Shown here in pieces: positions 9,250 to 19,392 of a stretch of DNA of 64,000 nucleotides. The stretch's first letter is position 1, and each line of letters opens with the position of its first letter. The translations under genes and the position numbers were made by a program. The DNA is from Puniceicoccales bacterium (GTDB lineage: Bacteria > Verrucomicrobiota > Verrucomicrobiia > Opitutales > UBA9783). The notes beneath the pieces were generated by a model. That model ran no database searches. It was not told the origin of the DNA and saw only the letters and a list, made by a program, of their open reading frames with translations. The DNA lies in contig JAIRMU010000019.1 in NCBI GenBank assembly GCA_031258545.1, forward strand, positions 70,219 to 134,218, in the 5' to 3' direction.

Positions 9250-10857
9250 TCATCCAAGAAGGTTTTTCGTCTTTATGCAAGCCTGCACAAAAGATTTAAA
9301 TAAAGGGTGTGCCGCATGCGGTTTAGATTGAAATTCCGGATGATATTGTACACCCACAAACCACGGATGTCTTTCCAATTCAACGGCCTCAACAACGTCC
9401 AAATTACGGCACGTGCCAGCAATTTTCAATCCTTTTTCGGTCCAAAGATTGCACAATTGCTTATTGACTTCGTAACGGTGGCGGTGTCGTTCAAAAATAG
9501 TATTGGCTTGATAAACACTTTCCAATAAGGAATGGGGAACTATATTACATTCCAGCATACCCAAACGCATGGATGCCCCCTTATGCATGTTGCCTTTTTG
9601 TTCTTCCATAAGACCAATAACGGGGGTCGTGGCCTGCGCATCAAATTCGGTACTGGTTGCATCCGACAAGTTGACAACGTGACGTGTAAACTCAATCACG
9701 GCCAGTTGCATACCCAAACAAATACCTAAAAAAGGCATGCCCTGCTCTCGAGCGTGACGAATTGCCATTATTTTCCCTTCAATACCTCTTATGCCAAAAC
9801 CTCCGGGAACTAAAATACCATCCAGATCATTTAACCCATTATCCGCCCAATGCTGCTCCAACCACTCCGCATCTATAGGTTTTACTTCGACGGTACATTC
9901 ATTGGCAATACCCGCGTGAAATAAAGCTTCATAAATAGATTTATAGGCATCTCTTAAGTCAACGTATTTGCCCACAACACCTATTTTTACATGGCACTTG
10001 GGAGCACAAATCCTACCCATAATGGTTCTCCACGTATTCAAATTGGATGGACGATAAGGCATGCCAAAATGCGCTAAAACCAATTGATCTAACTTTTCTT
10101 CATGCAAAGAAAGAGGTAGCTCGTAAATGGAGCTTTCAACATCTTTTTCTTCAATCACTGACTCCACCGAAACATTGCAAAACAAACTTAACTTCTGGCG
10201 GATAGATTTTTCAAGCGGTCTTTCGGTCCTACAAACCAAAATATCCGGCTGAATGCCAATTTCACGTAATTTGGCAACACTCTGCTGAGAAGGTTTTGTC
10301 TTCAATTCCGAAGAAGCTTTTAAAAATGGGATTAAGGTAACGTGCAAAAACAACACGTTGTTTTTTCCAAAATCTAGGGCTAATTGCCTCAACGCCTCCA
10401 GAAAAGGCAAACCTTCGATATCTCCAACCACGCCTCCAATTTCGGTAATTAAAATGTCCGTATCATCGTTGGCTCCCGACAAAATACGCGCTTTAATTTC
10501 ATCCGTAACGTGCGGAATGACTTGCACCGTATTGCCCAAATATTGGCCTTGCCGTTCTTTTTTAAGTACACTTGCGTAAATTTGACCCGAAGAAACGCTG
10601 TGTTTTTTGGACAAGGCAACGTTGGTAAAACGTTCGTAATGCCCCAAATCCAAATCGGTTTCCGCCCCATCTTTTAAAACGTACACTTCTCCGTGTTGGA
10701 ATGGACTCATGGTGCCCGGATCTACGTTCAGATAAGGATCAAATTTTTGTAACCCTATGCGTAATCCTTGTTCCTCCAACAGGGCTCCCAAGGATGCTGC
10801 CGTTAGACCTTTCCCCAACGACGAAACAACGCCACCCGTCACAAAAACTAATTTCAT
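9250..10857 (-). CDS. pyrG: CTP synthase
   Basis: MKLVFVTGGVVSSLGKGLTAASLGALLE...; C-terminal glutamine amidotransferase GICLGMQ...HRHRYEVN. The track ORF begins 11 codons upstream (10890); homology favours MKLVFVTGG. Confidence 0.95.
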   Translation of the reverse strand: MKLVFVTGGVVSSLGKGLTAASLGALLEEQGLRIGLQKFDPYLNVDPGTMSPFQHGEVYVLKDGAETDLDLGHYERFTNVALSKKHSVSSGQIYASVLKKERQGQYLGNTVQVIPHVTDEIKARILSGANDDTDILITEIGGVVGDIEGLPFLEALRQLALDFGKNNVLFLHVTLIPFLKASSELKTKPSQQSVAKLREIGIQPDILVCRTERPLEKSIRQKLSLFCNVSVESVIEEKDVESSIYELPLSLHEEKLDQLVLAHFGMPYRPSNLNTWRTIMGRICAPKCHVKIGVVGKYVDLRDAYKSIYEALFHAGIANECTVEVKPIDAEWLEQHWADNGLNDLDGILVPGGFGIRGIEGKIMAIRHAREQGMPFLGICLGMQLAVIEFTRHVVNLSDATSTEFDAQATTPVIGLMEEQKGNMHKGASMRLGMLECNIVPHSLLESVYQANTIFERHRHRYEVNKQLCNLWTEKGLKIAGTCRNLDVVEAVELERHPWFVGVQYHPEFQSKPHAAHPLFKSFVQACIKTKNLLG

Positions 10858-11045
10858 CGGCCTATGCATACAATAATTTGAATCAAACATAAAACTCTAA
10901 TAACATCAAGTATGTATCCTCAAATTCATCAAAAGGCTCTTTGTTGCAGTGCCTAATCTCTCCAAAGCACGAATCATTTTCCTCATGCGGCATGCGTTAC
11001 TTAATTTTGATTTGTAAAACAAAAAACCTAAAGTAGAATAAATGC

Positions 11046-11486
11046 ATGCATATTTTTATGGGAGCTGACCATGGCGGTTTTGAACTTAAACAAAAAATTA
11101 TACACTGGTTGCGGCAAAATCAATACCCTATCGAAGATGTAAAACCTTTTTCACAAAACCCCTGCGACTATCCTTTAATTGCTCAAAAAGTTGCTCTGCA
11201 GGTACAAAAGGATGATCAATATTTTGGCATCCTCATCTGCACTTCAGGCATTGGCATGTGCATCGCAGCCAACAAATTCAAACATGTGAGAGCCGCGCTC
11301 GTACACACTCCAGAGGCAGCCCAGAAGGCACGTGAACACAATCACATCAATATACTTTGCCTTGCGGGCACTCTAGATGTCGACATTGCCTATCTCATTG
11401 TTCAAAAATTCCTGACGACCGTACCCAGCACGGACCCCCGACATCTAAGGCGCCTAAAACAAATCCAAGAGATTGAAATCTTCTAA
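11046..11486 (+). CDS. rpiB: Ribose-5-phosphate isomerase B (RpiB/LacA/LacB family)
   Basis: GADHGGFELKQKI...ICTSGIGMCIAANKFKHVRAAL...AREHNHINILCLAG, size 146 aa. Confidence 0.85.
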   Translation: MHIFMGADHGGFELKQKIIHWLRQNQYPIEDVKPFSQNPCDYPLIAQKVALQVQKDDQYFGILICTSGIGMCIAANKFKHVRAALVHTPEAAQKAREHNHINILCLAGTLDVDIAYLIVQKFLTTVPSTDPRHLRRLKQIQEIEIF

Positions 11487-11622
11487 AAAGCATATGGGAA
11501 AACATTTCCTAAGCTTGTATTTTATAGGAATTTTGCCGTTAAAACATTTATGCACAACAAGCATACGCTTCGACCTGAACAAACTAAAACTTGGTAATTG
11601 AATCCGCATAGTAGTAGAATTC

Positions 11623-11654
11623 AAATAAAAATGCCACCCTATGCCAGGGTAGCA
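11623..11654 (-). terminator. Rho-independent terminator of the 257-aa gene
   Basis: Minus-strand RNA UGCUACCCU-GGCAU-AGGGUGGCA (9-bp stem incl. one G-U) followed by UUUUUAUUU. Confidence 0.55.
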
Positions 11655-11677
11655 TTTTACAAAGAATCTTTAAAACC

Positions 11678-12451
11678 TTATAAGACGTCGTGCGGATTTT
11701 CAAAACCCATTTTATGACAAGACTTATGGACAAATGGTAAAGAATGCCGAGCGCCTGTTTGTCGGTTAGCAGTATTTACGAAAAAGCCTCCCATTCTCTC
11801 GGATGTGGCAACATCGCCACCCTTACTCTTTGCCATATTGATGCACATAATTAGAGCGTTCTCATAATCATCCATCGATCCGTATAAATTAAGCCAACCA
11901 AGATATTCATATCCTTTCTCACTCACGACTACTTTTGCCTTAGGATCATCTGATATATCATCATTGAAATTCTGAACACAACATAGCGATTGTACGGGAT
12001 TGAATTGTGGACAAATAGAAAAATCTTTCGGATCTATCCCGTTAATAGTTGCCCAGCCCTCTGTTGGCTCACCTTGCTTGATAGCCAAAGCACCTTCCGC
12101 TGATATGGTAACAGCTCCACCTTTGGCTCCTATGGCACAATTTAGTAAATTTAAAATAACCTCAAAATCATCTGCCGATCCATGTAAATCAAGCCAATGT
12201 AAATATTGAAAAACCCCCACGTATACTTCTCCTCCTTTGTCCCACTCAATCGGTTGATACATTGGGCAATGCGAAAGTACATGTGTTCTACCACACTCAG
12301 GACAATATCTTGTACCGTTCTTGGGGCAACAAAAACTGGGATCGTCTGGATGTTCCTCGTTACAAACCTTACAATGCCAAGCATTTAAGTTTACGGTTCC
12401 CATCATGAAACCCACTGTTGCTATTGTTTGAATCACATTTTTCATATTCAT
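11678..12451 (-). CDS. Hypothetical secreted protein: signal peptide, Cys-rich zinc-ribbon-like segment and an internally duplicated domain
   Basis: N-terminal MNMKNVIQTIATVGFMMGTVNLNA. CKVCNEEHPDDPSFCCPKNGTRYCPECGRTHVLSHCP. Two related ~40-aa units (FQYLHWLDLHGSADDFEVILNLLNCAIGAKGGAVTIS / YEYLGWLNLYGSMDDYENALIMCINMAKSKGGDVATS). No family recognised. Confidence 0.6.
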   Translation of the reverse strand: MNMKNVIQTIATVGFMMGTVNLNAWHCKVCNEEHPDDPSFCCPKNGTRYCPECGRTHVLSHCPMYQPIEWDKGGEVYVGVFQYLHWLDLHGSADDFEVILNLLNCAIGAKGGAVTISAEGALAIKQGEPTEGWATINGIDPKDFSICPQFNPVQSLCCVQNFNDDISDDPKAKVVVSEKGYEYLGWLNLYGSMDDYENALIMCINMAKSKGGDVATSERMGGFFVNTANRQTGARHSLPFVHKSCHKMGFENPHDVL

Positions 12452-12695
12452 ATAACCTTTCTTAATTAATGATCAGAGAAAAGAGGCTTTCAAACAATTC
12501 AATGTATGTTAACATAAAAATCAAACTTTTTTCAACATCAACAAATTAAAACCGTAACCTTATATTTTGGATTTTACTTGCCGACGGTCTAGTTATCATC
12601 CGAAATGCCAGTTACGATCATTCAACGACGTATGCTAAAAATCCCCTCGACACTATTCTACAAATCATTTTTTCATGACGTAAGCATCGCCCCTT

Positions 12696-14480
12696 ATGAT
12701 TGCTAATTTGCATTTCCGTCGCATCCGCCTAAAATTTAACCCAACGTTACAAAAAAAACAACAAGGCAGTTTAATACTAAGTGTTATGCTGTTAAGTACA
12801 CTTGGTGCCCTCGTATTCATCTACACCCACAAACAAAATTCTCTGTACAGACAATGGAAATTCAGAATACGTACACTCCAAGCAGAAAAATTAGCCTTGT
12901 GGACCTGCCATCACGCGCTTAAGAAATTGTCGAAAAGGGCTACCGTTGATACCCTGGCCACATACGATGATGAAAATTCATCCCTGCCCATCGTCCAATT
13001 TTATGACACGTTGAATGGTAACCGCCTAAAACCCATCGTATCCAAAGGTGAATCATCCATTCGGGTCAATATCGATAAAAGTAAACACCATCCCCTAACG
13101 TTACCCCTGGAACAAAAAACAAACAACATTGCAGTGGCTTACGGCGTAATTGAAGGCAACCTTCTCAAAAATTATACCAACAAAATCCCAATTTGTAATG
13201 CAAAACAGGGAGGCTTACGTGAACTTTTTGGTGAAGCAATTCACAAATCACCTCCCAAGAATTTTCCAGGCCCAGAAGCATTATGGAATAAAAACCGTCA
13301 AAGATTTCTAAATCTCGAAGATATCCATCAACCCTTAAGCACCATGAATGGATTTCTCCCCGTTTTACTTCGTTCTAATTTAACACTGACTGAACAAGAA
13401 ATCACCGTAAAAAACCTCTGGTGGAACCCCTATGATCGGGCTTTGGAGGGCACAATGGATTTTCGAATTACACTTGTAATCAACTCAGAGAGTGGACATG
13501 CCTCCATCCATCGTACATGTAATCAAACCATACACATAAAACCTGGAGATGTGCGTCGGAATGATATCACTTATCCGACTACCGAGCTCCAGGATAAAAA
13601 AAATATTTTTCTCAATAACCTACAGATTCAAACGGGTACCTCACATCATTCATGCACGTATCACATGGATCATATTCCGTGTGATTGCTTACCAAAAACG
13701 CTTATAATATCTTTAAATATCGATGCGCACTGCGATTTCCACGCCATTAACTTATGGCCATCCCACAATGAGATTCCTACCACAGCACCTTCTGGCAAAC
13801 GGCCTGGATGGAAAAAATCTAAACCATCGGCACCTCGGGTGCAGTCAACATCTTTGTGGGTATCGGACGAAACTAAAGACTTTTCTTTTTTATCAAAACA
13901 AACACCCTATTTGACCCAAACTCCTTTTCAACGTATGCAAGCTTGCTTTTTAAAAGAGGAACAAATACCGTACGCCTGCATCGGCTGGCCAAATTCAGCG
14001 AAAACACATCGCATCAGGGCTTACAATCAATTTTTCTGGGATTATTTCTATTGTGATCATGTCATGCCACTCCTGAACGTAAACACCGTATCTGACGACT
14101 GGGCCATGCACTTCGAAAATGTTTTTAAATCACTAGGATGTGCGCACAATACCGCAGACTTAGAACATTTCATAAAAAAATTGCAGGGGCAGGTTATAAA
14201 AAATAGACCTTTTTTATCCGTAGAACAATTTATTCAATCGGGTATTTTGCAGACAACACTCGATGAAATAGATGCATTTAAAAAAGTTCGCCAAAGCGAT
14301 GTACTCTCTTATCTAAAAAATCCTTTGGCGGTCCGCTCCGAATGCTTTGTCATCATTGGCACTGCCGTTGTAAAACATGATGGCGAAACTGTTCAAAAAA
14401 CCTGCAAAATGCTTGTCCACCGCGAAGCTTCAGACGCGACAAAACGTCTATGGGTAGTCGATGGTATTACATGGCTGTAA
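12696..14480 (+). CDS. Hypothetical membrane-anchored protein, weakly GspK (T2SS minor pseudopilin)-like
   Basis: Pseudopilin-like N-terminus KKQQGSLILSVMLLSTLGALVFIY, LNVNTVSDDW (cf. GspK xNxNTA), C-terminal ...RPFLSVEQFIQSGIL...LAVRSECFVIIGTAVV. Resemblance is by eye only. Confidence 0.4.
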   Translation: MIANLHFRRIRLKFNPTLQKKQQGSLILSVMLLSTLGALVFIYTHKQNSLYRQWKFRIRTLQAEKLALWTCHHALKKLSKRATVDTLATYDDENSSLPIVQFYDTLNGNRLKPIVSKGESSIRVNIDKSKHHPLTLPLEQKTNNIAVAYGVIEGNLLKNYTNKIPICNAKQGGLRELFGEAIHKSPPKNFPGPEALWNKNRQRFLNLEDIHQPLSTMNGFLPVLLRSNLTLTEQEITVKNLWWNPYDRALEGTMDFRITLVINSESGHASIHRTCNQTIHIKPGDVRRNDITYPTTELQDKKNIFLNNLQIQTGTSHHSCTYHMDHIPCDCLPKTLIISLNIDAHCDFHAINLWPSHNEIPTTAPSGKRPGWKKSKPSAPRVQSTSLWVSDETKDFSFLSKQTPYLTQTPFQRMQACFLKEEQIPYACIGWPNSAKTHRIRAYNQFFWDYFYCDHVMPLLNVNTVSDDWAMHFENVFKSLGCAHNTADLEHFIKKLQGQVIKNRPFLSVEQFIQSGILQTTLDEIDAFKKVRQSDVLSYLKNPLAVRSECFVIIGTAVVKHDGETVQKTCKMLVHREASDATKRLWVVDGITWL

Positions 14481-14489
14481 TTTGATCCA

Positions 14490-15227
14490 TTAAGGTGACG
14501 CAGATGTATCCTCAGACTTTAGGTAAAGCCGATGCTCCTGTAACGCAATTTCCAAGTAGGCCACCGCAAAACAAATATTGGCAATTGTGGCACAAAATTT
14601 TGCATTTGCCATCCCAACCAAAGCGTACCATAGGGCACACATACTCAAACAAACTTGAGGAATTGCGCGGTTCATATCCCGCCTTACCATGGCAAAATAA
14701 GGTGCTAAACAAATAAGAGGGAAAGCCCACAATGAAGCGCCTCCTGCAGCTAGGCCGGCATACAGCATCCCGAGCGCTATGAGCACAATGGGTTCCTTCA
14801 AAAGGGCCAACAACAAAGGTGTCAAAGAACGCGTACATTTTATTTCTTTTAAAATTTTTTCAAAACTCGGAAGTGCATCCAAAATGCCTTTGTTGAGTCG
14901 ATGGGCCATGAGTAAATTTGCGAAACCAAAACAAACACTGCAAATGAAACCTACAAAAGCCTCGTTGATCATCGCAAATAGAGCCACCACCAAACAAGCG
15001 TATCCCATCATTTCCAATCCCCAACAGGGATTGTTGCCAGCTTGCTGCAAAACACCCCAAAACCCTTTCAAATTTTTTCGCGAACACGTAGCCGGCCAAC
15101 GACTCAAGATGATGAATACCAACGTCATTAACATAACCACAAAGGCCAATGGGCTGACCAAAGCAAAAAGACACGTGTTGCCCAGGGCAAAAAAAGTTCC
15201 CGGATCCCTCAAAATCAAACGAATCAT
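14490..15227 (-). CDS. Hypothetical multi-pass membrane protein
   Basis: 245 aa with about 6 hydrophobic segments; longest ORF at the locus. Competing alternative-frame ORFs look non-proteinaceous. Confidence 0.55.
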   Translation of the reverse strand: MIRLILRDPGTFFALGNTCLFALVSPLAFVVMLMTLVFIILSRWPATCSRKNLKGFWGVLQQAGNNPCWGLEMMGYACLVVALFAMINEAFVGFICSVCFGFANLLMAHRLNKGILDALPSFEKILKEIKCTRSLTPLLLALLKEPIVLIALGMLYAGLAAGGASLWAFPLICLAPYFAMVRRDMNRAIPQVCLSMCALWYALVGMANAKFCATIANICFAVAYLEIALQEHRLYLKSEDTSASP

Positions 15228-15454
15228 ATTTATCTAGGCTATGGATGCTTTTGACAATAGACAAGGAAAAGTACAAGTTTTTTCCATTATTTTAAACCAA
15301 TCCTTAGGGATTATACATTCTCACTGCCACGATATTACGAGCTCTCTACGAGTAAAAAACTCTAGGCAGATAAATTAAACCCAACATAAGATTTTAATCC
15401 TTACTCAATTTTTGATGTTTTGCAAAATTACAAAAGGCATGCGCCGGGTACACT

Positions 15455-15955
15455 CTACTGACTACATTTTATTTCAAGCTTTAGGCAACGCTCCTTTAAA
15501 AAGTTCAGTACCGCTTGCTCTGCCGCACGCATGGCTTTACGATCGCTCGCTTTTAAGTCATCGTATCCACACAAGTGTAACCAACCGTGCACCATATATA
15601 AAGTCAATTCTTGTGCCAAATTTTGCCGATGTTCGGCGGCATATTCTTTGGCTTGATCCACAGAAATACAAATTTCTCCAACCCGCTCGTCATCACTTTT
15701 ACTTGCAGGGAAAGTAATCACGTCCGTAGGGGTCGGATCATTTAAAAACCTCATGTGCAAATCGACCAAAGTTGATTCGTGTAAAAAAGCGACGGAAATG
15801 ATATCGTAATGATCCAATGGCACATACGTTTGAATGGCCGACAAAATTGCTTCCACGTTGGCATCATCCAACTGAACCCCGGGATGCTCATTATAACAAA
15901 AATACTGCACAGGCGGTATTGTGCTACCTGGACATTCTAGGTCAATGCAATTCAA
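15455..15955 (-). CDS. ybeY: rRNA maturation endoribonuclease YbeY
   Basis: Metal-binding motif VHGWLHLCGYDD (HGxLHLxGYD), 166 aa. Confidence 0.85.
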   Translation of the reverse strand: MNCIDLECPGSTIPPVQYFCYNEHPGVQLDDANVEAILSAIQTYVPLDHYDIISVAFLHESTLVDLHMRFLNDPTPTDVITFPASKSDDERVGEICISVDQAKEYAAEHRQNLAQELTLYMVHGWLHLCGYDDLKASDRKAMRAAEQAVLNFLKERCLKLEIKCSQ

Positions 15956-16015
15956 TGGGAAAGCATTTTCCCGGGTTCACGTATTCACGTATTTACTTTT
16001 CTTTTAAAATACTTA

Positions 16016-17131
16016 ATGTGTCCTAAAATGATGTCATTTGTTCTTCCGGACATTGCACCTATTAGGCAACGGCTTGAGGCCGTTAATACGCAGCTGAGTG
16101 ATCCAGAAACGTTTAAAAATAATCAACTCGTTTCAGGATTGTCCCGGGAACATCAGTACCTCTCCAAAATTACATCGCTGTATGACGATGTACTCAAAAT
16201 GCAGCACGAACAAAAAGGATTGGAGGAAATTTTAACGCATTCCGCCGAAGAAGATTTAAAAGCATTGGCATTCCAGGAAAAAGAACAACTTGCACAACGA
16301 TATCAAACAACGCAACGTGCACTTAGGCTTGCCATGATTCCTCCGGATCCCAGTGATTCCAGAAATACCATTCTAGAAATTCGGGCAGGTACCGGAGGTG
16401 AAGAAGCGGCTCTATTCGCAGGCGATTTGTATCGCATGTACATACGCTTTGCCGAAGAACACGGATGGAAAACCGAACTCATGGGTAGCCATCCATCCGA
16501 GTCGGGAGGATTTAAAGAAATCAGCTTTCTAATCAGTGGAGATAACGTCTACAAAGCGCTCAAATACGAAAGCGGAGGCCATCGCGTTCAACGTGTACCC
16601 ATTACGGAAACCAACGGCAGAATTCACACTTCGTCGGCAACGGTCGCGGTACTTCCCGAAGCGCAGGAGGTGGATATCGCCATTGCTCCGGAAGACATCG
16701 AAATTAGCGTTTGTAGGGCCAGTGGCCCCGGAGGACAAGGCGTTAACACGACCGACTCTGCCGTTCAAATTTTACACAAACCCACAGGCCTGATCGTTAC
16801 ATGCGCCGATGAACGCTCCCAGCAAAAGAATAAATTAAAAGCCTTGCAAGTGTTGCGCGCCCGTCTGCTGAAACAAAAAGAAGATGAGGAACGTGAAAAG
16901 TATGCCGCCTTTCGTAAGCAACAAATTGGATCCGGCGATCGTTCCGATCGCGTACGCACGTACAATTTTACCCAAAACCGCGTAACGGATCACCGCATAG
17001 GTCTTACCTTATACAATTTAGATCGGGTGCTCGAGGGGGATCTCACAGCATTTATTAACGCCCTTGAGCAAGCGGATCAAGAAGAAAAGTTGGCATCCTT
17101 CCTAACGCAAAACTGTCAATCCAGTGCATAA
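16016..17131 (+). CDS. prfA: Peptide chain release factor 1
   Basis: GGQ motif RASGPGGQGVNTTDSAV. RF1-type tripeptide region RVQRVPITETNGRIHTSSATVAVLPE (PxT, not SPF). Confidence 0.93.
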   Translation: MCPKMMSFVLPDIAPIRQRLEAVNTQLSDPETFKNNQLVSGLSREHQYLSKITSLYDDVLKMQHEQKGLEEILTHSAEEDLKALAFQEKEQLAQRYQTTQRALRLAMIPPDPSDSRNTILEIRAGTGGEEAALFAGDLYRMYIRFAEEHGWKTELMGSHPSESGGFKEISFLISGDNVYKALKYESGGHRVQRVPITETNGRIHTSSATVAVLPEAQEVDIAIAPEDIEISVCRASGPGGQGVNTTDSAVQILHKPTGLIVTCADERSQQKNKLKALQVLRARLLKQKEDEEREKYAAFRKQQIGSGDRSDRVRTYNFTQNRVTDHRIGLTLYNLDRVLEGDLTAFINALEQADQEEKLASFLTQNCQSSA

Positions 17132-17589
17132 AATTTAAATTCCGAGATGAAAACTTAGGTCTTCCCCGTTGAACCTAAAAAGATGTTAGCATCATTCGGA
17201 AGGATTTGTAATCTTATGAAAGCAACCATTGAAAATACTTCCAAAGGTTTCTGATCCCATGTCAACAATCCATCTGTTTACAGTAAAATTATACCTTATT
17301 GATAGGCCCGACTTCTCGGAATATAACTGCACGTGCCTTTTTAAATTAAATATTGATTGCTAAAGGAAGGATAAAATTTCAATACCGCATAATTGCATAT
17401 TTTGTTCAATGTTTGGGCCGATTTTATCCTACATACGTAGATGCTGATGCATTATAGCCAAACGGATTAATAACATTGTAATAAAGCAACATAGTCTATG
17501 TAAAATCCCCTCGCTAGCACTCATCGTGGTGTGAGCTTCATTTTTATGGTTGACATTGAGGGGAAAAATAAATCCTTGGTATTATTAAA

Positions 17590-19347
17590 ATGGAATTTTT
17601 TTTAGAAGCATATTTAACAAGACGTGTAAAGGAAGTTGCGTTAACGTTGCCCGTCTTTGATGCAACATTTGATCCAGAAATTAGGCCAGCGGATGAACGT
17701 TTTGGTGACTTTCAAGCCAACGGTTTATTGGCCTATTTGGGCAAGAGAAAAGAAAATCCGCGCATGTGGGCACAGCAGTTAATGAATTTATTTGCCGCAC
17801 ACGACCCATTATTTGACGTTGCTGTGGCAGGACCCGGTTTTTTAAATTTTTCACTAAAAGACACGACATTGATGCGATGGCTTTGCAAATTTCACACGGC
17901 ATCTTCCTACCAAGGAGCCTACAAATCCATTTTCTCAGATCGCACCGTCGTCATCGATTACTCTTCACCAAATACGGCCAAACGTATGCACGTGGGACAT
18001 TTACGTTCCATGGTTATAGGCGAAGCCCTACAACGGCTCATTCGTTTTGGAGGAGGCCGTGTTATACGTGACAACCACATCGGTGATTGGGGGACACAAT
18101 TTGGTATTTTACTGATGCAAATCAAAGCATCCTCATATGCATTTAACGAGGATCCCGAGGCAACCATCGAGGCATTGGAATATTTATATCAAGTGGGTAT
18201 GACCAAAACAAAGGAAGATGCAACTGCCCTTGATCAAGCCCGGCAGGAACTCGTCAAGTTGCAGCAGGGAGACGCAGAGAACCTCATGCTCTGGGAACGC
18301 ATTAATCGACTCTCTTATCAAAGCTTTGATCGCATCTACCAACGCATGCAGGTTGCATTTGACCACGTTTTGGGGGAATCATTTTATCGCAATAAAGTGG
18401 ATGACGTGTACGATGAGCTGCAAAAGTATCAATTGGCAGTTTTCGATGGGGGTGCTCTGGTGGTATTTCATCCGGAACATCCACGTTTTTGCAAACAAGC
18501 TTTTTTGATACGCAAGTCGGATGGAGCGTCCAATTACGCATCGACGGACTTGGCAACGGTCAAATATCGTGTCCAAGAATTTCATGCGGATGACATCGTT
18601 TACGTGACGGACTGTCGACAGTGCGACCACTTCGAACAGCTATTTTTAACGGTAAAAAAATGGTTTCAGGCGGCCGACTACAGAGTACCCAATATGTATC
18701 ACGTCTATTTTGGAACCATTTTGGATGCGCATGGCAAAGCCATCAAAACGCGTGAAGGTAGGCCCATTCAATTGCAATCTTTACTGAACGAAGCGGTTAA
18801 ACGTGCCTACAATTTGATTCAAGAGAAGAGTCCAGACTTACCGGAAGCCGAGAAGCGCAAGGTTGCGGAAGTCGTTGGCTTAGGTGCCATCAAGTATGCG
18901 GATCTTTTGCAGGAACGTACCGGCAACTACCGTTTTGAATGGGATAAAATGATCAATTTTGATGGCAATACGGCCCCGTATTTACTGTACGCCATCGCGC
19001 GCATTTACGCCATCTTTCGCAAGTTGAATCTCAAAATATCTACTCTCGATTTTGCCGCGTTAAAAGATGTCCAATCCTTTTCGACGGCGACGGAACGTGC
19101 ATTGGCCAAAAAATTGATTGCATTTCCTTCCGCCTTAAATTTGGCACTCAAAGAATTAAAGCCCCATTGGTTGTGCCATTACCTGTTTGACTTAGCGGGT
19201 ACTTTTTCGGCATTTTACAACGCGGATAAGGTGGCCGTTGAAGATACTTGCCTGCGGCAATCCCGCCTGCTGCTCTGCAGTGCTACGTTGTCAACCCTGG
19301 AAACGGGCCTGCACCTTTTGGGACTGGAAACTCTGGAGCGGATGTAA
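17590..19347 (+). CDS. argS: Arginine--tRNA ligase
   Basis: Class I HIGH-type SSPNTAKRMHVGHLRSMVIGEAL, ArgRS-like length (585 aa) and C-terminal anticodon-binding helices ending ...LGLETLERM. Confidence 0.94.
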   Translation: MEFFLEAYLTRRVKEVALTLPVFDATFDPEIRPADERFGDFQANGLLAYLGKRKENPRMWAQQLMNLFAAHDPLFDVAVAGPGFLNFSLKDTTLMRWLCKFHTASSYQGAYKSIFSDRTVVIDYSSPNTAKRMHVGHLRSMVIGEALQRLIRFGGGRVIRDNHIGDWGTQFGILLMQIKASSYAFNEDPEATIEALEYLYQVGMTKTKEDATALDQARQELVKLQQGDAENLMLWERINRLSYQSFDRIYQRMQVAFDHVLGESFYRNKVDDVYDELQKYQLAVFDGGALVVFHPEHPRFCKQAFLIRKSDGASNYASTDLATVKYRVQEFHADDIVYVTDCRQCDHFEQLFLTVKKWFQAADYRVPNMYHVYFGTILDAHGKAIKTREGRPIQLQSLLNEAVKRAYNLIQEKSPDLPEAEKRKVAEVVGLGAIKYADLLQERTGNYRFEWDKMINFDGNTAPYLLYAIARIYAIFRKLNLKISTLDFAALKDVQSFSTATERALAKKLIAFPSALNLALKELKPHWLCHYLFDLAGTFSAFYNADKVAVEDTCLRQSRLLLCSATLSTLETGLHLLGLETLERM

Positions 19348-19350
19348 ATA

Positions 19351-19378
19351 AAAGAGCCAGGATGTTTTCTGGCTCTTT
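19351..19378. terminator. Bidirectional hairpin between convergent argS and the Pro-rich gene
   Basis: AAAGAGCCAG (19351-19360) / CTGGCTCTTT (19369-19378), a perfect 10-bp stem with an 8-nt loop and A/T flanks on both sides. Confidence 0.6.
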
Positions 19379-19392
19379 AAGAATAAGATTAT

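Noticed and set aside
14779-15276. ORFs 14779-15237 (+, 152 aa) and 14860-15276 (-, 138 aa).
   Set aside because: Alternative frames of the 245-aa membrane-protein ORF (14490-15227). That ORF has coherent transmembrane segments; the others do not.
17132-17589. 458-nt gap between prfA and argS; looked for a T-box or other leader, a small ORF or an RNA gene.
   Set aside because: No recognisable specifier/T-box motifs, terminator-antiterminator pair or conserved RNA signature could be seen by eye. Left unannotated; an Rfam scan would be needed.
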